Source: an uncultured Gammaproteobacteria bacterium (lineage in GTDB: Bacteria > Patescibacteriota > Patescibacteriia > UBA9934). From it: 64,000 bases of DNA. Shown here piece after piece: positions 48,198 through 58,150 of this stretch. The number at the start of each line of letters is the position of its first letter. The first letter of the stretch is position 1. The translations under genes were made by a program, and so were the position numbers. The notes beneath the pieces were generated by a model. That model was not told the DNA's origin and searched no databases. It worked only from the letters and a program-made list of their open reading frames with translations. The stretch covers positions 142,638-206,637 of the forward strand of contig CAYVLY010000001.1 in the NCBI GenBank assembly GCA_964452565.1, read 5' to 3'.

Positions 48198-48866
48198 TTA
48201 TGATGCAATCTTGTGCAATGTGATGGCTAATGCATTTGCGACATTCAATGATTCTAGTTTATCAGAGTGTTCGATATGTATTGATCGGCCTTCGGCCTTC
48301 AATCGAATCCCTCGACCCTCTGAACCGACTACAAGTACGATCTTTTCTTCAAACTCGATCAAATTTAGGGGGTCAGACGCTTCGGTCATTTCCATACGAT
48401 AAGTTGGTCGGTCTAGACCTTCGACTACGTTCTTAGCGTTTGATCGATTTACTTCAACCCACGGAACCTGAAACATAGCACCCGCTGATGATCGAATGAC
48501 TTTGGGACTGGTTGGATCTGCGCTTTCGATGAGTAGTAGTGAGGCATCAAATCCCAAGCACAATCGTAGGATTGTCCCGACATTTCCTGGATCCTGCACA
48601 CCATCGAGTACAACTATTACATTTTTTGACTCAATGTCTTTCTCCGTCCATCCGGGAATACGTGCTGTCGCAGCCATTTCCTGAGGCGTTTCTGTTGTTA
48701 CTAGCTTGTCAAAGCCCCTGACCTGATCGCGCTTGAATGTTAGATCAATCGCGCTCCCAGCCGTTTCGATTACTTTTTCACCTTCAACTAAGCAAAGGCC
48801 GGTCTCTCGACGACCCTTCTTACGATGAAGTGATTTAATAAGTTTTTCTTGGTTCTTAGTTATCAT
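48198..48866 (-). CDS. TrmH/SpoU family RNA 2'-O-methyltransferase
   Basis: DPGNVGTILR, LVVGSEGRGI, SLNVANALAITL motifs. Confidence 0.75.
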   Translation of the reverse strand: MITKNQEKLIKSLHRKKGRRETGLCLVEGEKVIETAGSAIDLTFKRDQVRGFDKLVTTETPQEMAATARIPGWTEKDIESKNVIVVLDGVQDPGNVGTILRLCLGFDASLLLIESADPTSPKVIRSSAGAMFQVPWVEVNRSNAKNVVEGLDRPTYRMEMTEASDPLNLIEFEEKIVLVVGSEGRGIRLKAEGRSIHIEHSDKLESLNVANALAITLHKIAS

Positions 48867-48954
48867 ATGGCGATATCATATCACAATCATAAAGCGCCTT
48901 AAGCTATCATATTTATCAATTCAATAAAAGTGGATAACTCATATTTAGCCAACT

Positions 48955-50046
48955 TTGAACCAAAATCACCTGTGCCCAACACCGAGTGCTGGACATGTAG
49001 TAATGTTGTATAATACTGCACATATGATAAACACCGAAGATACTCTAACCTTTTTCACAGACAACTATCAGTTCTTTCTCTGGTTCGGGATCGTGTTCCT
49101 GGCCTTTTATCTTTTTAGATCAATCGTGATCATCAGACTTGTCAAAATCAGCAAGAAAACTACAAACACAATCGATGATGCCGTGGTTGCAGTTCTGAAA
49201 ACGATAAGCTTGCCGTTCGCGCTTGCGATATCGATTCTAGCAGGATTATGGGCAGTTGAAGTATCTGTGATGGGAAGTACTGCATTCTTAGTAATCTGCG
49301 TTTTGATAATCACATATCAGGTTTCACGCGCACTATCAGTATTGCTTGATCACTCTGTTGAAAAACTAGCCGGAAAGGGAAATGTCGCTGCTTTCCAAGG
49401 TCTCAGAACTATTATTAGAATCTTAGTTTGGGTCGGTGGTATTGTATTTTTAATCGGAGCCATGGGATACAACATCACATCAATGGTCGCTGGACTTGGT
49501 ATTGGTGGTATTGCAATCGCTCTTGCAGCACAAAGCATGCTATCTGACATCTTTAGTTCGTTTTCGATTTATTTCGATAAACCGTTTTCTGTGGGAGATA
49601 GCATTATTAACGGCACGCAAGAAGGAACTGTTGAGCGCATTGGACTTAAAACAACACGAATTCGAAGTCCACGAGGTGAGGAAATTGTTATTTCAAACCA
49701 AGCTCTAACCTCTGCGGTTGTCCAAAATCTTGGAAAGATTGAACGTCGACGGTCTGTTGATCTCCTTGGAATTGATTATGCAACACCAAATAAAAAACTT
49801 GAAAATCTGCAGGACGATCTCCGCGAGATCGTAAGTTCCGTAGAGCTGGCTACATTTGATAGGCTCTTCTTTAAAAACTTTGGCGCATCAGCACTTGAGT
49901 GGGAACTTGTTTATCATATAGAGTCTGGTAACTATACAGAATTCCTTACATCAAAGCACAAAATCAACCTGGCGCTTAAACAGTATTTTGAAAAACAAAA
50001 GATCGAACTTGCATACCCCACCCAAACAGTTCACGTCAAAAAATAA
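48955..50046 (+). CDS. mechanosensitive ion channel (MscS family)
   Basis: IGGIAIALAAQSMLSDIFSSFSIYFDKPFSVGD. Confidence 0.75.
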   Translation: MNQNHLCPTPSAGHVVMLYNTAHMINTEDTLTFFTDNYQFFLWFGIVFLAFYLFRSIVIIRLVKISKKTTNTIDDAVVAVLKTISLPFALAISILAGLWAVEVSVMGSTAFLVICVLIITYQVSRALSVLLDHSVEKLAGKGNVAAFQGLRTIIRILVWVGGIVFLIGAMGYNITSMVAGLGIGGIAIALAAQSMLSDIFSSFSIYFDKPFSVGDSIINGTQEGTVERIGLKTTRIRSPRGEEIVISNQALTSAVVQNLGKIERRRSVDLLGIDYATPNKKLENLQDDLREIVSSVELATFDRLFFKNFGASALEWELVYHIESGNYTEFLTSKHKINLALKQYFEKQKIELAYPTQTVHVKK

Positions 50047-50052
50047 AGATCT

Positions 50053-50511
50053 ATGCCTCACATCCACGATCTAATTGACTTTACAGTCACTGGATACATC
50101 GTTCACGATGAGAAAGTCTTATTGATTCTTCATAAAAAGCTCGAGCTGTGGCTGCCCCCAGGCGGGCACATAGATCTTGATGAAGACCCTGACCAAGCAG
50201 TTCTAAGAGAAGTCAAGGAAGAGACTGGGCTTGATGTAAATATTCATGGAACTAAATTTGATAGACTATCTGATCGAACCAAGCCGCTTCATACACCTGC
50301 ATTCATGGATATTCACAAAATATCTGATACGCATCAACACATCGGCATGCATTACATCTGCACACCCAAAAACAACTCGAATAAAGCTAATATGAACAAG
50401 GAAGAGGTTTCCGATATGAGATGGTTCACACGTACAGAGATCGAGAATACCAATGACCTCATGCTAGAGGTCAAACAATACGCCCTTAAGGCATTAGATA
50501 AAATATCCTAA
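50053..50511 (+). CDS. NUDIX hydrolase
   Basis: GGHIDLDEDPDQAVLREVKEETGL. Confidence 0.65.
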   Translation: MPHIHDLIDFTVTGYIVHDEKVLLILHKKLELWLPPGGHIDLDEDPDQAVLREVKEETGLDVNIHGTKFDRLSDRTKPLHTPAFMDIHKISDTHQHIGMHYICTPKNNSNKANMNKEEVSDMRWFTRTEIENTNDLMLEVKQYALKALDKIS

Positions 50512-50512
50512 C

Positions 50513-50556
50513 AAAAAAACATCCTCTCGACTTAATCGAAAGGATGTTTTTATTTT
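50513..50556. terminator. bidirectional terminator
   Basis: AAAAACATCCT...AGGATGTTTTTATTTTT. Confidence 0.5.
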
Positions 50557-50688
50557 TCAGCGCTTTCACGTTTTGCAGCTCGAATTGCTTTTGCTTTTCG
50601 TCGCTTTCTCGCTGCTTCTACTCGGCGGTCAGCCTCAATAGCTCGTGCTTTCTTGCGCTTCATTTGTGTCCTATGTGGCATATCTGGT
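50557..50688 (-). CDS. small highly basic ORF (43 aa) below ORF-track cutoff
   Basis: MPHRTQMKRKKARAIEADRRVEAARKRRKAKAIRAAKRESAEK, flanked by a terminator. Confidence 0.2.
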
Positions 50689-50794
50689 TTGTTCGTGCGA
50701 ATAATAGCGGAATTACCTAATCACGTCAAGGATTAATCATTCTAGACAGAAAGACTCAAAAACGGTAAAACTTTAGTACAAATAAAATGATTTT

Positions 50795-52267
50795 ATGAAA
50801 ATAACAGCACAAAAAGGCGACATTCTAACTCAGGAGGTAGATATAAGGGTTGTAGGTATTTATGAAGGTGAAAATTGGGAAAATGACTTTATCCAACGCC
50901 TGGGCGAGGAAACTGGAGGAAAGCTAAAGATAGGAGCAAAAAAGAAAGAATTCGAAGGTAAGGTTGGGCAACTATTAACTTATTCAGGTCTTCTGATTGT
51001 AGGACTTGGAAAACAAGAAGATCTGGCAAAGTCGATAAGAGAAGTAACTGGACATATTTATCAACAGCTTCAGGCACTTCCTGTCACAAAGGTAGCAATC
51101 GAATTGTTTGGTGAAGATGATGAGAGCTATAATCCAAATGTCACAGGTCAAAAAATCGCCGAGTCCCTACTTCTTGCAGCGTACCAGTTTGATACGTACA
51201 AAAAACCAAAGCAGAAGAACATCCTCGAAGATGTCTTTTTGATTGCCGAGGATGGGCGTGATGCCAATAGAGCCCAAAAAGGAATTGAAAAAGCAGAAAT
51301 GCTCATCGATGGAGTAACAGTAGCACGTGATCTTGTCAATACTCCTGGACAAGACATGAAGCCAACACGACTTGCGCAAACCGCCCAGAAGATCGCAAAA
51401 ATGTCATCAAATATCCGTGTTCGAGTTTACAATCGCGAGCAGATTGAAAAAAAGAACATGAATGCATTCTTAGCTGTTGCTCAAGGATCAGATGCAGCAC
51501 CCCGACTCATTCATCTAATCTACAAGCCTGAAAAATCAAAAAAATCAGTTGCGATAGTTGGTAAAGGTATAACTTTTGATTCAGGTGGTCTTTCGCTGCG
51601 GCCAGCAAAGCCAATGGAAACCATGAAATGTGACATGGCAGGCGCAGCATCGGTACTCGGACTTTTTGCAATACTGGCACGTACTGAACTCAACATAGAA
51701 GTTCATGGAATTATTCCAGCAGCAGAAAACATGCCTTCTGGAAAAGCTATACGCCCAGGAGATATTATTCGAGCTGCTAATAAAAAAACTATTGAAATTT
51801 TAAATACAGACGCTGAAGGCCGCCTATTAATAGCTGATGCGCTAGTCTATGCTCAAAAACAAAAAGCAGACTATGTAGTTGACTTAGCAACCCTGACTGG
51901 CGCATGTATGGTCGCACTTGGAGAGGAAATCGGTGCTATCATGAGTAATGACACTAGACTTTCACAAATGCTCATTGAAAAAGCAGGTGAATCTGACGAA
52001 CATCTTTGGGAAATGCCTCTTTATAACAAGTATTCCGAGCTTCTTGAATCTGATATTGCTGATCTTAGAAATGTATCAACCACTCGATATGGCGGGACCC
52101 TTACAGCAGCACTATTCTTAAAAGAATTCATCAATAAGGATCAGAAGTGGGCACATATTGATATAGCTGGTCCTGCATTTGCTGAGAAACCAATATCGTC
52201 ATACTTAGGAAAAGGCGGGACTGGATTTGGAGTACGAACACTTCTCGGTTGGATCGAATCGTTGTAG
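50795..52267 (+). CDS. pepA: leucyl aminopeptidase (M17)
   Basis: NTDAEGRLLIADAL signature; VGKGITFDSGG. Confidence 0.85.
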   Translation: MKITAQKGDILTQEVDIRVVGIYEGENWENDFIQRLGEETGGKLKIGAKKKEFEGKVGQLLTYSGLLIVGLGKQEDLAKSIREVTGHIYQQLQALPVTKVAIELFGEDDESYNPNVTGQKIAESLLLAAYQFDTYKKPKQKNILEDVFLIAEDGRDANRAQKGIEKAEMLIDGVTVARDLVNTPGQDMKPTRLAQTAQKIAKMSSNIRVRVYNREQIEKKNMNAFLAVAQGSDAAPRLIHLIYKPEKSKKSVAIVGKGITFDSGGLSLRPAKPMETMKCDMAGAASVLGLFAILARTELNIEVHGIIPAAENMPSGKAIRPGDIIRAANKKTIEILNTDAEGRLLIADALVYAQKQKADYVVDLATLTGACMVALGEEIGAIMSNDTRLSQMLIEKAGESDEHLWEMPLYNKYSELLESDIADLRNVSTTRYGGTLTAALFLKEFINKDQKWAHIDIAGPAFAEKPISSYLGKGGTGFGVRTLLGWIESL

Positions 52268-52278
52268 AATTATCTCAT

Positions 52279-52509
52279 ATGAAAACAACAATCTATTCAA
52301 CTCCAACATGTCCATACTGTAAGCACGTAAAAGAATTTTTCGATCAACACAATGTAGAGTACGAAGAGATTGATGTATCAGCAGACCACGAAAAGGCACA
52401 AGAGATGATTCATAAATCAGGACAAATGGGCGTGCCAGTTATCGAAATCGGAGAGGATGTAGTAGTAGGATTTGATAAAGCAAAGCTTAAAGAACTACTC
52501 AATATCTAA
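52279..52509 (+). CDS. glutaredoxin-like protein (NrdH/Grx family)
   Basis: TCPYCK active site; ~77 aa. Confidence 0.65.
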   Translation: MKTTIYSTPTCPYCKHVKEFFDQHNVEYEEIDVSADHEKAQEMIHKSGQMGVPVIEIGEDVVVGFDKAKLKELLNI

Positions 52510-52512
52510 GTA

Positions 52513-52536
52513 AAAAACCGCTGCAAGGCGGTTTTT
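52513..52536 (+). terminator. rho-independent terminator
   Basis: AAAAAACCGCTGCAAGGCGGTTTTT. Confidence 0.55.
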
Positions 52537-52597
52537 AGTTTGTACAATTTAATCAAAATTTGATAAAACAAACCTAGTTTGCGCAAAGGAGGTTACC

Positions 52598-52816
52598 ATG
52601 TCGCAACGCGAGCCCATCACAGAGCTACGGATCAATCTGGTCGGTGAGACACTAATCACCCGCACCAGCTCCATGGAGATCGGCGTGATCATGCGTCAGA
52701 GGCTTGTGGAGCAGGGCAATATCTACGTCCACACTGACAAAGGCAGGATCGAGATCTACATCGTGTCCATGGAGCAGGAGGGTGGGGTACTCACTATTGG
52801 TGGCTACAAGTGCTAG
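52598..52816 (+). CDS. small hypothetical protein in high-GC patch
   Basis: Strong SD AAGGAGG; 72 aa; terminator hairpin CCGCCCacttCGGGCGG downstream. Confidence 0.35.
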   Translation: MSQREPITELRINLVGETLITRTSSMEIGVIMRQRLVEQGNIYVHTDKGRIEIYIVSMEQEGGVLTIGGYKC

Positions 52817-52967
52817 CCTGTCCACGTTTTTCGTCTCAACCGCCCACTTCGGGCGGTTATAGCTTTACAAAAATATCATTAATGCTAGTATAAATTTGCT
52901 TTTCGGGAACTCTCGATCTGCCGCCTGACACTGATGTCGGGACGAACCTATGGAGGTAATAAAACGA

Positions 52968-53030
52968 ATGATGGAATATCGTTCTGCGGTGGGTCCCCTC
53001 ACCGCGTGGTGGGATACCAGCGCCCACTAG
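52968..53030 (+). CDS. leader-peptide-like ORF with tandem Trp codons
   Basis: GGAGG then MMEYRSAVGPLTAWWDTSAH; followed by GC-rich alternative hairpins and a terminator. Confidence 0.25.
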   Translation: MMEYRSAVGPLTAWWDTSAH

Positions 53031-53095
53031 CGCCACGTGCTTCGCCGATGCGGCTACGTCACCTCTGTACGTACCCGCAACACCACCCTCGAATC

Positions 53096-53130
53096 GGGCC
53101 CCGCCAGCTACTGGCGGGGCACTGCTTTTC
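53096..53130 (+). terminator. rho-independent terminator / attenuator-like hairpin
   Basis: GCCCCGCCAG-cta-CTGGCGGGGC then ACTGCTTTTC. Confidence 0.45.
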
Positions 53131-53172
53131 AAAAACAAAACACCACTCGATAATCTTGAGCAGTGTTTTTAT

Positions 53173-53526
53173 CTATGCAGCGCGTTTATGAAGGTCGTAC
53201 TGGTCTTTCAACATCTCTTCATGCTCCTTAGCACCACGCATGAACTCCTCGGCTTTTAACTCATCCATCTCAGCGACCTGTCGCTTATGTTCTAGCTCAC
53301 GAGCCTTCCACTCTGCATGAACTTGCTCTGCCAACTTTTTTATCCTAATCCTTGTAGCCCGATCCCGAATCTTATAATTATTAAGCGCAGTCCATATGTG
53401 CTGGACACCGGTATGGGCTTTTCTCAAATCCCACGCCTCTTGAATCACTGCGCCATAATCATCTAAATCACGTTCGCGCTGTGATCTTCTACTCTCTGGA
53501 ACATCTCTGCGAACCTCAAATGACAT
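53173..53526 (-). CDS. hypothetical protein
   Basis: 117-aa charged helical ORF. Confidence 0.35.
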   Translation of the reverse strand: MSFEVRRDVPESRRSQRERDLDDYGAVIQEAWDLRKAHTGVQHIWTALNNYKIRDRATRIRIKKLAEQVHAEWKARELEHKRQVAEMDELKAEEFMRGAKEHEEMLKDQYDLHKRAA

Positions 53527-53529
53527 ACA

Positions 53530-54054
53530 TTACGCCTTACCAAGTGTCTCCTTATTCTCATCCCACTCCATTGGGCATAAATCTCCGGTCTCCAGCGCCT
53601 TCAGAACTCTAAGTGTCTCAGATGCTGATCGACCAACATTTCCAGCAGATACAACAATATACTTCACAACACCCTCAGGACTAATCAAAAACAGCCCACG
53701 CTCGGCAAGTCCTTCATCTTCATTATAAACTTGATAATCCTTTGATATTTGATGCGTAACGTCAGCCAATATCGGATACTTAACATTTGGCAAGTCAGCT
53801 TCAAACCATGCCTTGTGCGACCACTCTGAATCAGTAGATGCAGCAATAATCTCACAATTTAGATTTCTAAATTCCTCAGCGTGCTTTGCAAAACCCTTTA
53901 ACTCAGTAGGGCATACAAAAGTAAAATCTCGTGGGTAAAAAAACAAAGCTACCCATTTCCCCTTGTAATCAGAGAGGCTGATCTTTTTAAACTCTCCTTG
54001 ATGATACGCCATGACATTATTAAACTCTGGCGCCTTGGATTCTAATTGAATCAT
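53530..54054 (-). CDS. peroxiredoxin (AhpC/TSA family)
   Basis: FTFVCPTE peroxidatic Cys motif. Confidence 0.8.
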   Translation of the reverse strand: MIQLESKAPEFNNVMAYHQGEFKKISLSDYKGKWVALFFYPRDFTFVCPTELKGFAKHAEEFRNLNCEIIAASTDSEWSHKAWFEADLPNVKYPILADVTHQISKDYQVYNEDEGLAERGLFLISPEGVVKYIVVSAGNVGRSASETLRVLKALETGDLCPMEWDENKETLGKA

Positions 54055-54121
54055 AGATGAAGGTTGTAAAGGGTTAAAAAGTGATAAAAGGAAAATTCAA
54101 TCAAAGGCAACTTACCCTATT

Positions 54122-54745
54122 TTATCGGATAACACCCCTCCACTTCAAGAACATCTCGTTTGCTTTATTCCAGTCCATGTTTTTCCAAAATGCTTCGATA
54201 TAGGCCTTTCGATCTGAGCCATGATCGATAAAGTATGCATGCTCAAAGACATCAAGCGCAAAGATCGGCAAGCATCCCCAGGTTCCACCCTCATCATGCG
54301 TATCACATCCATAAACCTTAAGTCGTCCAATCTGAACATCCCAGGAAAGTACAACCCATCCACGCATTGCCATTGCGCTTTCTGTAAAGTACTTTTTGAA
54401 ATTTCCAAATGAATCCCACTTAGCAACAATGGCATCGATCAGTTCATTCTCTGGCACCTGACCGTCACCTCCCAGGACATTGAAATAGTACTCATGTAAG
54501 TAGGCACCATTGGTTGCAAAGGTCTCCCCACAACGAAGTGCGCGTAACTCTGAATAAGTCTGATTGCCAGCCGCCTCACGCTCAGCGTGTGAGATCTCGG
54601 CCAGCTTTCCATCGATCTCATTCATCTTATCAACATATCCAACATAGAGTTTATCATGATGAATATCGATTGTTTTTTTAGAAATCCCATACAACTCACC
54701 TGAAAAAGGCAAATTATCAGGACTATACTCTTTGATAGTAGCCAT
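54122..54745 (-). CDS. superoxide dismutase (Fe/Mn family)
   Basis: C-terminal LDVFEHAYFIDHG and N-terminal His ligands. Confidence 0.85.
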   Translation of the reverse strand: MATIKEYSPDNLPFSGELYGISKKTIDIHHDKLYVGYVDKMNEIDGKLAEISHAEREAAGNQTYSELRALRCGETFATNGAYLHEYYFNVLGGDGQVPENELIDAIVAKWDSFGNFKKYFTESAMAMRGWVVLSWDVQIGRLKVYGCDTHDEGGTWGCLPIFALDVFEHAYFIDHGSDRKAYIEAFWKNMDWNKANEMFLKWRGVIR

Positions 54746-54852
54746 ATTAAATTTTCACGATTAAATCAAGGTTATAGTATACTAAAGGACGTCTGCACTT
54801 GCAAAATTAAAAAAAGTGAGTAAAGATAGCGCAAAATTCATTTATTAACAGT

Positions 54853-56025
54853 ATGACAAAACAACAGAAACAAACCCTTATTTACACCTTAATCTTTGTT
54901 CTAGTAATTGCGGCAATGTTTGGGATTCGAGCCTGGAGAATGGCTGCAGTTGAATCGTATCTGGAAACTGCTGAGCTAGATAATGGACTTCTTACTGAGG
55001 TGATTAGTTACGATGGAGAAAAGTATCTTGTACCTCCAACAGACATATATGATGCGACTGAGCTTCCTGCGCTGACTGAACCAACGTTCGACGATGTATA
55101 CACAGCGGATGCATATCTTGCCGATGATGTAGAGGGAATTGACATTGAAGTTAACGGCGAGCATCGATTTTATTCTTATCAAATTTTGAACTGGCACGAG
55201 GTTGTACAAGATTCCTTCAATGGAGTTGATCTAACAATCACGCATTGTGCTTTATGTAAGAGTTCTGCAGTTTATGAATCAGCTCTCGATGGTGAGGATC
55301 TCGAACTCGAAAACGCTGGGAAGATTTACAACAATAATCAACTTCTTGAATCTTCAGACGGATCTTTATGGCTGCAACTTCGAGGAACTGCGATCTCAGG
55401 AAAACATGTTGGAGAACAACTAAACGAGTATCCATTTAATATTATGACATGGGGCGACTGGAAGGAAATCTATCCTGACGGATATGCACTTTCAACTGAT
55501 ACTCGACATGTTAGAGATTATGGCATGCACCCATATCAAAACTATGATGAGGCCTCAATCATTTATTATCCTATAAGTTCTGACTCTGAGTACCTTGGAG
55601 CTAAGTGGAAAGTTGATGGTCTAGAGATTAATGGAGAAGCAATAGCATTTGCTAATGAAGTCATGCTGGGAATGATTGTCGCAAATGAGACTGTCGGTGA
55701 AATGAACATAGTGGGCTTCTACCACGAAACACTTGAAACAACAGCTGTGTATCTTTCAGACGTTGATGATCAGACTCTAACATTTACCTATGATTGGGAT
55801 ACCCAAACTATGTTTGATGATCAAACAGGTTCAGAGTGGAATGTGAATGGTTATTCTATTGATGGCGAACTTGCTGGCACACAATTAGATCGAGTACAAA
55901 CTAAACCAAGCTTCTGGATGTGTTGGTATTCACAGTACACAGACTCTGTTGTAGCACTAGTCGAGATCGAGTCTACTGAAAATGAGGGCGAAGAATCTGC
56001 CGAAGAAAATCAAGATGAAGAATAA
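54853..56025 (+). CDS. membrane-anchored hypothetical protein
   Basis: N-terminal TM, acidic C-terminus. Confidence 0.35.
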   Translation: MTKQQKQTLIYTLIFVLVIAAMFGIRAWRMAAVESYLETAELDNGLLTEVISYDGEKYLVPPTDIYDATELPALTEPTFDDVYTADAYLADDVEGIDIEVNGEHRFYSYQILNWHEVVQDSFNGVDLTITHCALCKSSAVYESALDGEDLELENAGKIYNNNQLLESSDGSLWLQLRGTAISGKHVGEQLNEYPFNIMTWGDWKEIYPDGYALSTDTRHVRDYGMHPYQNYDEASIIYYPISSDSEYLGAKWKVDGLEINGEAIAFANEVMLGMIVANETVGEMNIVGFYHETLETTAVYLSDVDDQTLTFTYDWDTQTMFDDQTGSEWNVNGYSIDGELAGTQLDRVQTKPSFWMCWYSQYTDSVVALVEIESTENEGEESAEENQDEE

Positions 56026-56689
56026 AGGCGCACTTTATATAGTAGGAACACCAATCGGAAACCTCAGTGATATATCTGAGCGTGCTATTGAGACTCTCAA
56101 GGCTGTTGATTTGATTGCCTGCGAGGATACGCGTGTCACCAAAAAGTTGCTTTCGAACTACTCGATCGATACGCCAACAATCTCCTATCACCAACACTCA
56201 GATGATAAGAAGCTTGCTGATTTGATTAAAAAGCTGCAAAGCGGATCATCGATCGCGCTTGTTACTGATGCTGGCACTCCAGGGCTATCTGATCCTGGAG
56301 GAAAGCTTGTAGAGGCCGCAGTTCAATCAGAGATCGAAATCGTGCCCATACCAGGAGTATCGGCACTCACAACAGCACTAAGCATAAGTGGATTCCCAAC
56401 AGACAAGTTCACGTTCATGGGTTTCCCACCAAACAAAAAGGGAAGAAAAACGTACTTTGATCTAATCAATAAGACTGATCAAACCGTCGCTCTGTACGAA
56501 TCAAAACACCGAATTGTCAAAACACTAGAGCAACTACCTCAGGACCGAATAACAATGGTAGGCCGCGAACTAACAAAGATGCATGAACAGATCTACCGTG
56601 GAACAGCATCGGAAATTACTGAACAGCTCAATCAAACATCAACAAAAGGCGAATTTGTAATCGTCCTAGCACCAAAAAAATATGAATAA
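56015..56689 (+). CDS. rsmI: 16S rRNA (cytidine1402-2'-O)-methyltransferase
   Basis: GALYIVGTPIGNLSDISERA...ACEDTR tetrapyrrole-methylase fold. Confidence 0.75.
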   Translation: MKNKGALYIVGTPIGNLSDISERAIETLKAVDLIACEDTRVTKKLLSNYSIDTPTISYHQHSDDKKLADLIKKLQSGSSIALVTDAGTPGLSDPGGKLVEAAVQSEIEIVPIPGVSALTTALSISGFPTDKFTFMGFPPNKKGRKTYFDLINKTDQTVALYESKHRIVKTLEQLPQDRITMVGRELTKMHEQIYRGTASEITEQLNQTSTKGEFVIVLAPKKYE

Positions 56690-58133
56690 GTTCTACATTA
56701 CAACAGCAATTCCTTATGTGAATGCCAGTCCCCACATCGGATTTGCTTTAGAGCTCATTCAAACTGATGCCGCAGCGCGATACTGGCGAACACAACTCGG
56801 AGATGAAAATATTCATGCCTTGACTGGATCAGATGAGAACAGTCTTAAGAATGTTCAAGCAGCAGAGGCTGCAGGTGAAGATGTTAATTCATTTGTTGAG
56901 CGACATGCTGAAGAGTTTAAGTCACTTGGTGGGCTTTTGAACTTGTCTTTTGATGATTTTATACGCACACGTGAAGATCGACATATTGATGGAGCTCAGA
57001 AACTTTGGAGCGCTTGCAAGCCAGAAGACATTTACAAAAAATCATATAAAGGACTTTACTGCGTTGGATGCGAGACTTTCTACACTGAAAAGGAATGTCC
57101 TGAGAAAGTCTGTCCTGAGCATAAGAAGCCGCTTGAAGTAATCGAAGAGGAAAACTATTTCTTCAAGCTATCGAACTATCAAAAGCAACTTGAAGAACTT
57201 ATAGAGTCAGATACGCTCAAGATAGTCCCAGAATCGCGCAAAAACGAGGTTTTAAGCTTTATTGAAGGCGGACTTGAGGATTTCTCCATCTCACGCTCTC
57301 AAGAGCGTGCAAAGCACTGGGGCGTTAATGTTCCAGGAGATGATTCACAAGTAATGTATGTATGGTTTGATGCTTTAAGTAACTACATTACAGCACTTGA
57401 CTATCAGAATGAAGGTGATCTATATCAGAAATACTGGACTGCAGATGACGTTAGAAAATCACATGTGATTGGAAAGGGAATACTGCGATTCCATGCTGTG
57501 TACTGGCCCGCAATGTTACTTTCTGCAGGGCTTCCACTCCCAGATGAAATCTTTGTGCATGGCTACATCACGGTTGAAGGTGAGAAGATATCAAAATCAT
57601 TACAAAACGGAATTCATCCAATAGTACTTGTTGATGACTTTGGAGTTGATGCAGTTCGATATTTCTTTTTGCGTGAGATCCCATCACATGGCGACGGAGA
57701 CTTTTCTATTACTCGAATGGAAGAACGCTATGCAGAACTTGCAAACCAACTCGGAAACCTTGTAAGCCGCGTCGCTGCAATGTCGAACAAGTACTTCGAG
57801 GGTAAGCTAGATAAGACCGACAAAGACTGGAGCAAGGTCGAGGGCGATTTACAGAATCTGATCGAAGAGTATGACTTCAAGAAATACCTTGAACGTGTTT
57901 TTGAAGTTATTTCAGATTCAAATGAACTAATCGATAAAAAAGAACCTTACAAACTTGTAAAAGAGGACGAGGCAGCAGCAAAAGCAGTTCTAAGTGAACT
58001 GGTAGCAAACATCCGATTCATTGGAAAAGCACTTTCACCAATCATCCCAGAAGCAGCGCAAGAAATTCTAAATCGCTACGAAGGTGATACAATACTTACA
58101 GGCGACCCTCTTTTCCCACGCCGCGATAACTAG
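56682..58133 (+). CDS. metG: methionyl-tRNA synthetase
   Basis: HIGH-like PYVNASPHIGFA; KMSKS-like KISKSLQNG; CxxC...CPxH zinc knuckle. Confidence 0.85.
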   Translation: MNKFYITTAIPYVNASPHIGFALELIQTDAAARYWRTQLGDENIHALTGSDENSLKNVQAAEAAGEDVNSFVERHAEEFKSLGGLLNLSFDDFIRTREDRHIDGAQKLWSACKPEDIYKKSYKGLYCVGCETFYTEKECPEKVCPEHKKPLEVIEEENYFFKLSNYQKQLEELIESDTLKIVPESRKNEVLSFIEGGLEDFSISRSQERAKHWGVNVPGDDSQVMYVWFDALSNYITALDYQNEGDLYQKYWTADDVRKSHVIGKGILRFHAVYWPAMLLSAGLPLPDEIFVHGYITVEGEKISKSLQNGIHPIVLVDDFGVDAVRYFFLREIPSHGDGDFSITRMEERYAELANQLGNLVSRVAAMSNKYFEGKLDKTDKDWSKVEGDLQNLIEEYDFKKYLERVFEVISDSNELIDKKEPYKLVKEDEAAAKAVLSELVANIRFIGKALSPIIPEAAQEILNRYEGDTILTGDPLFPRRDN

Positions 58134-58150
58134 ATCAAAATCCCCTCCAT

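Noticed and set aside
52860-53140. High-GC structured region as RNase P RNA, tmRNA or SRP RNA
   Set aside because: Conserved motifs are absent: GGAAAGUCCGG (RNase P), a tRNA-like 3' end with CCA (tmRNA), and the GGAAGCAGCC domain IV (SRP). The size is also wrong. The leader/attenuator interpretation fits better.
52857-53191. ORF-track ORFs 52857..53138 (minus) and 52934..53191 (plus)
   Set aside because: They are R/P/G-rich translations of a GC-rich structured non-coding region on both strands, with no SD and no sensible start.
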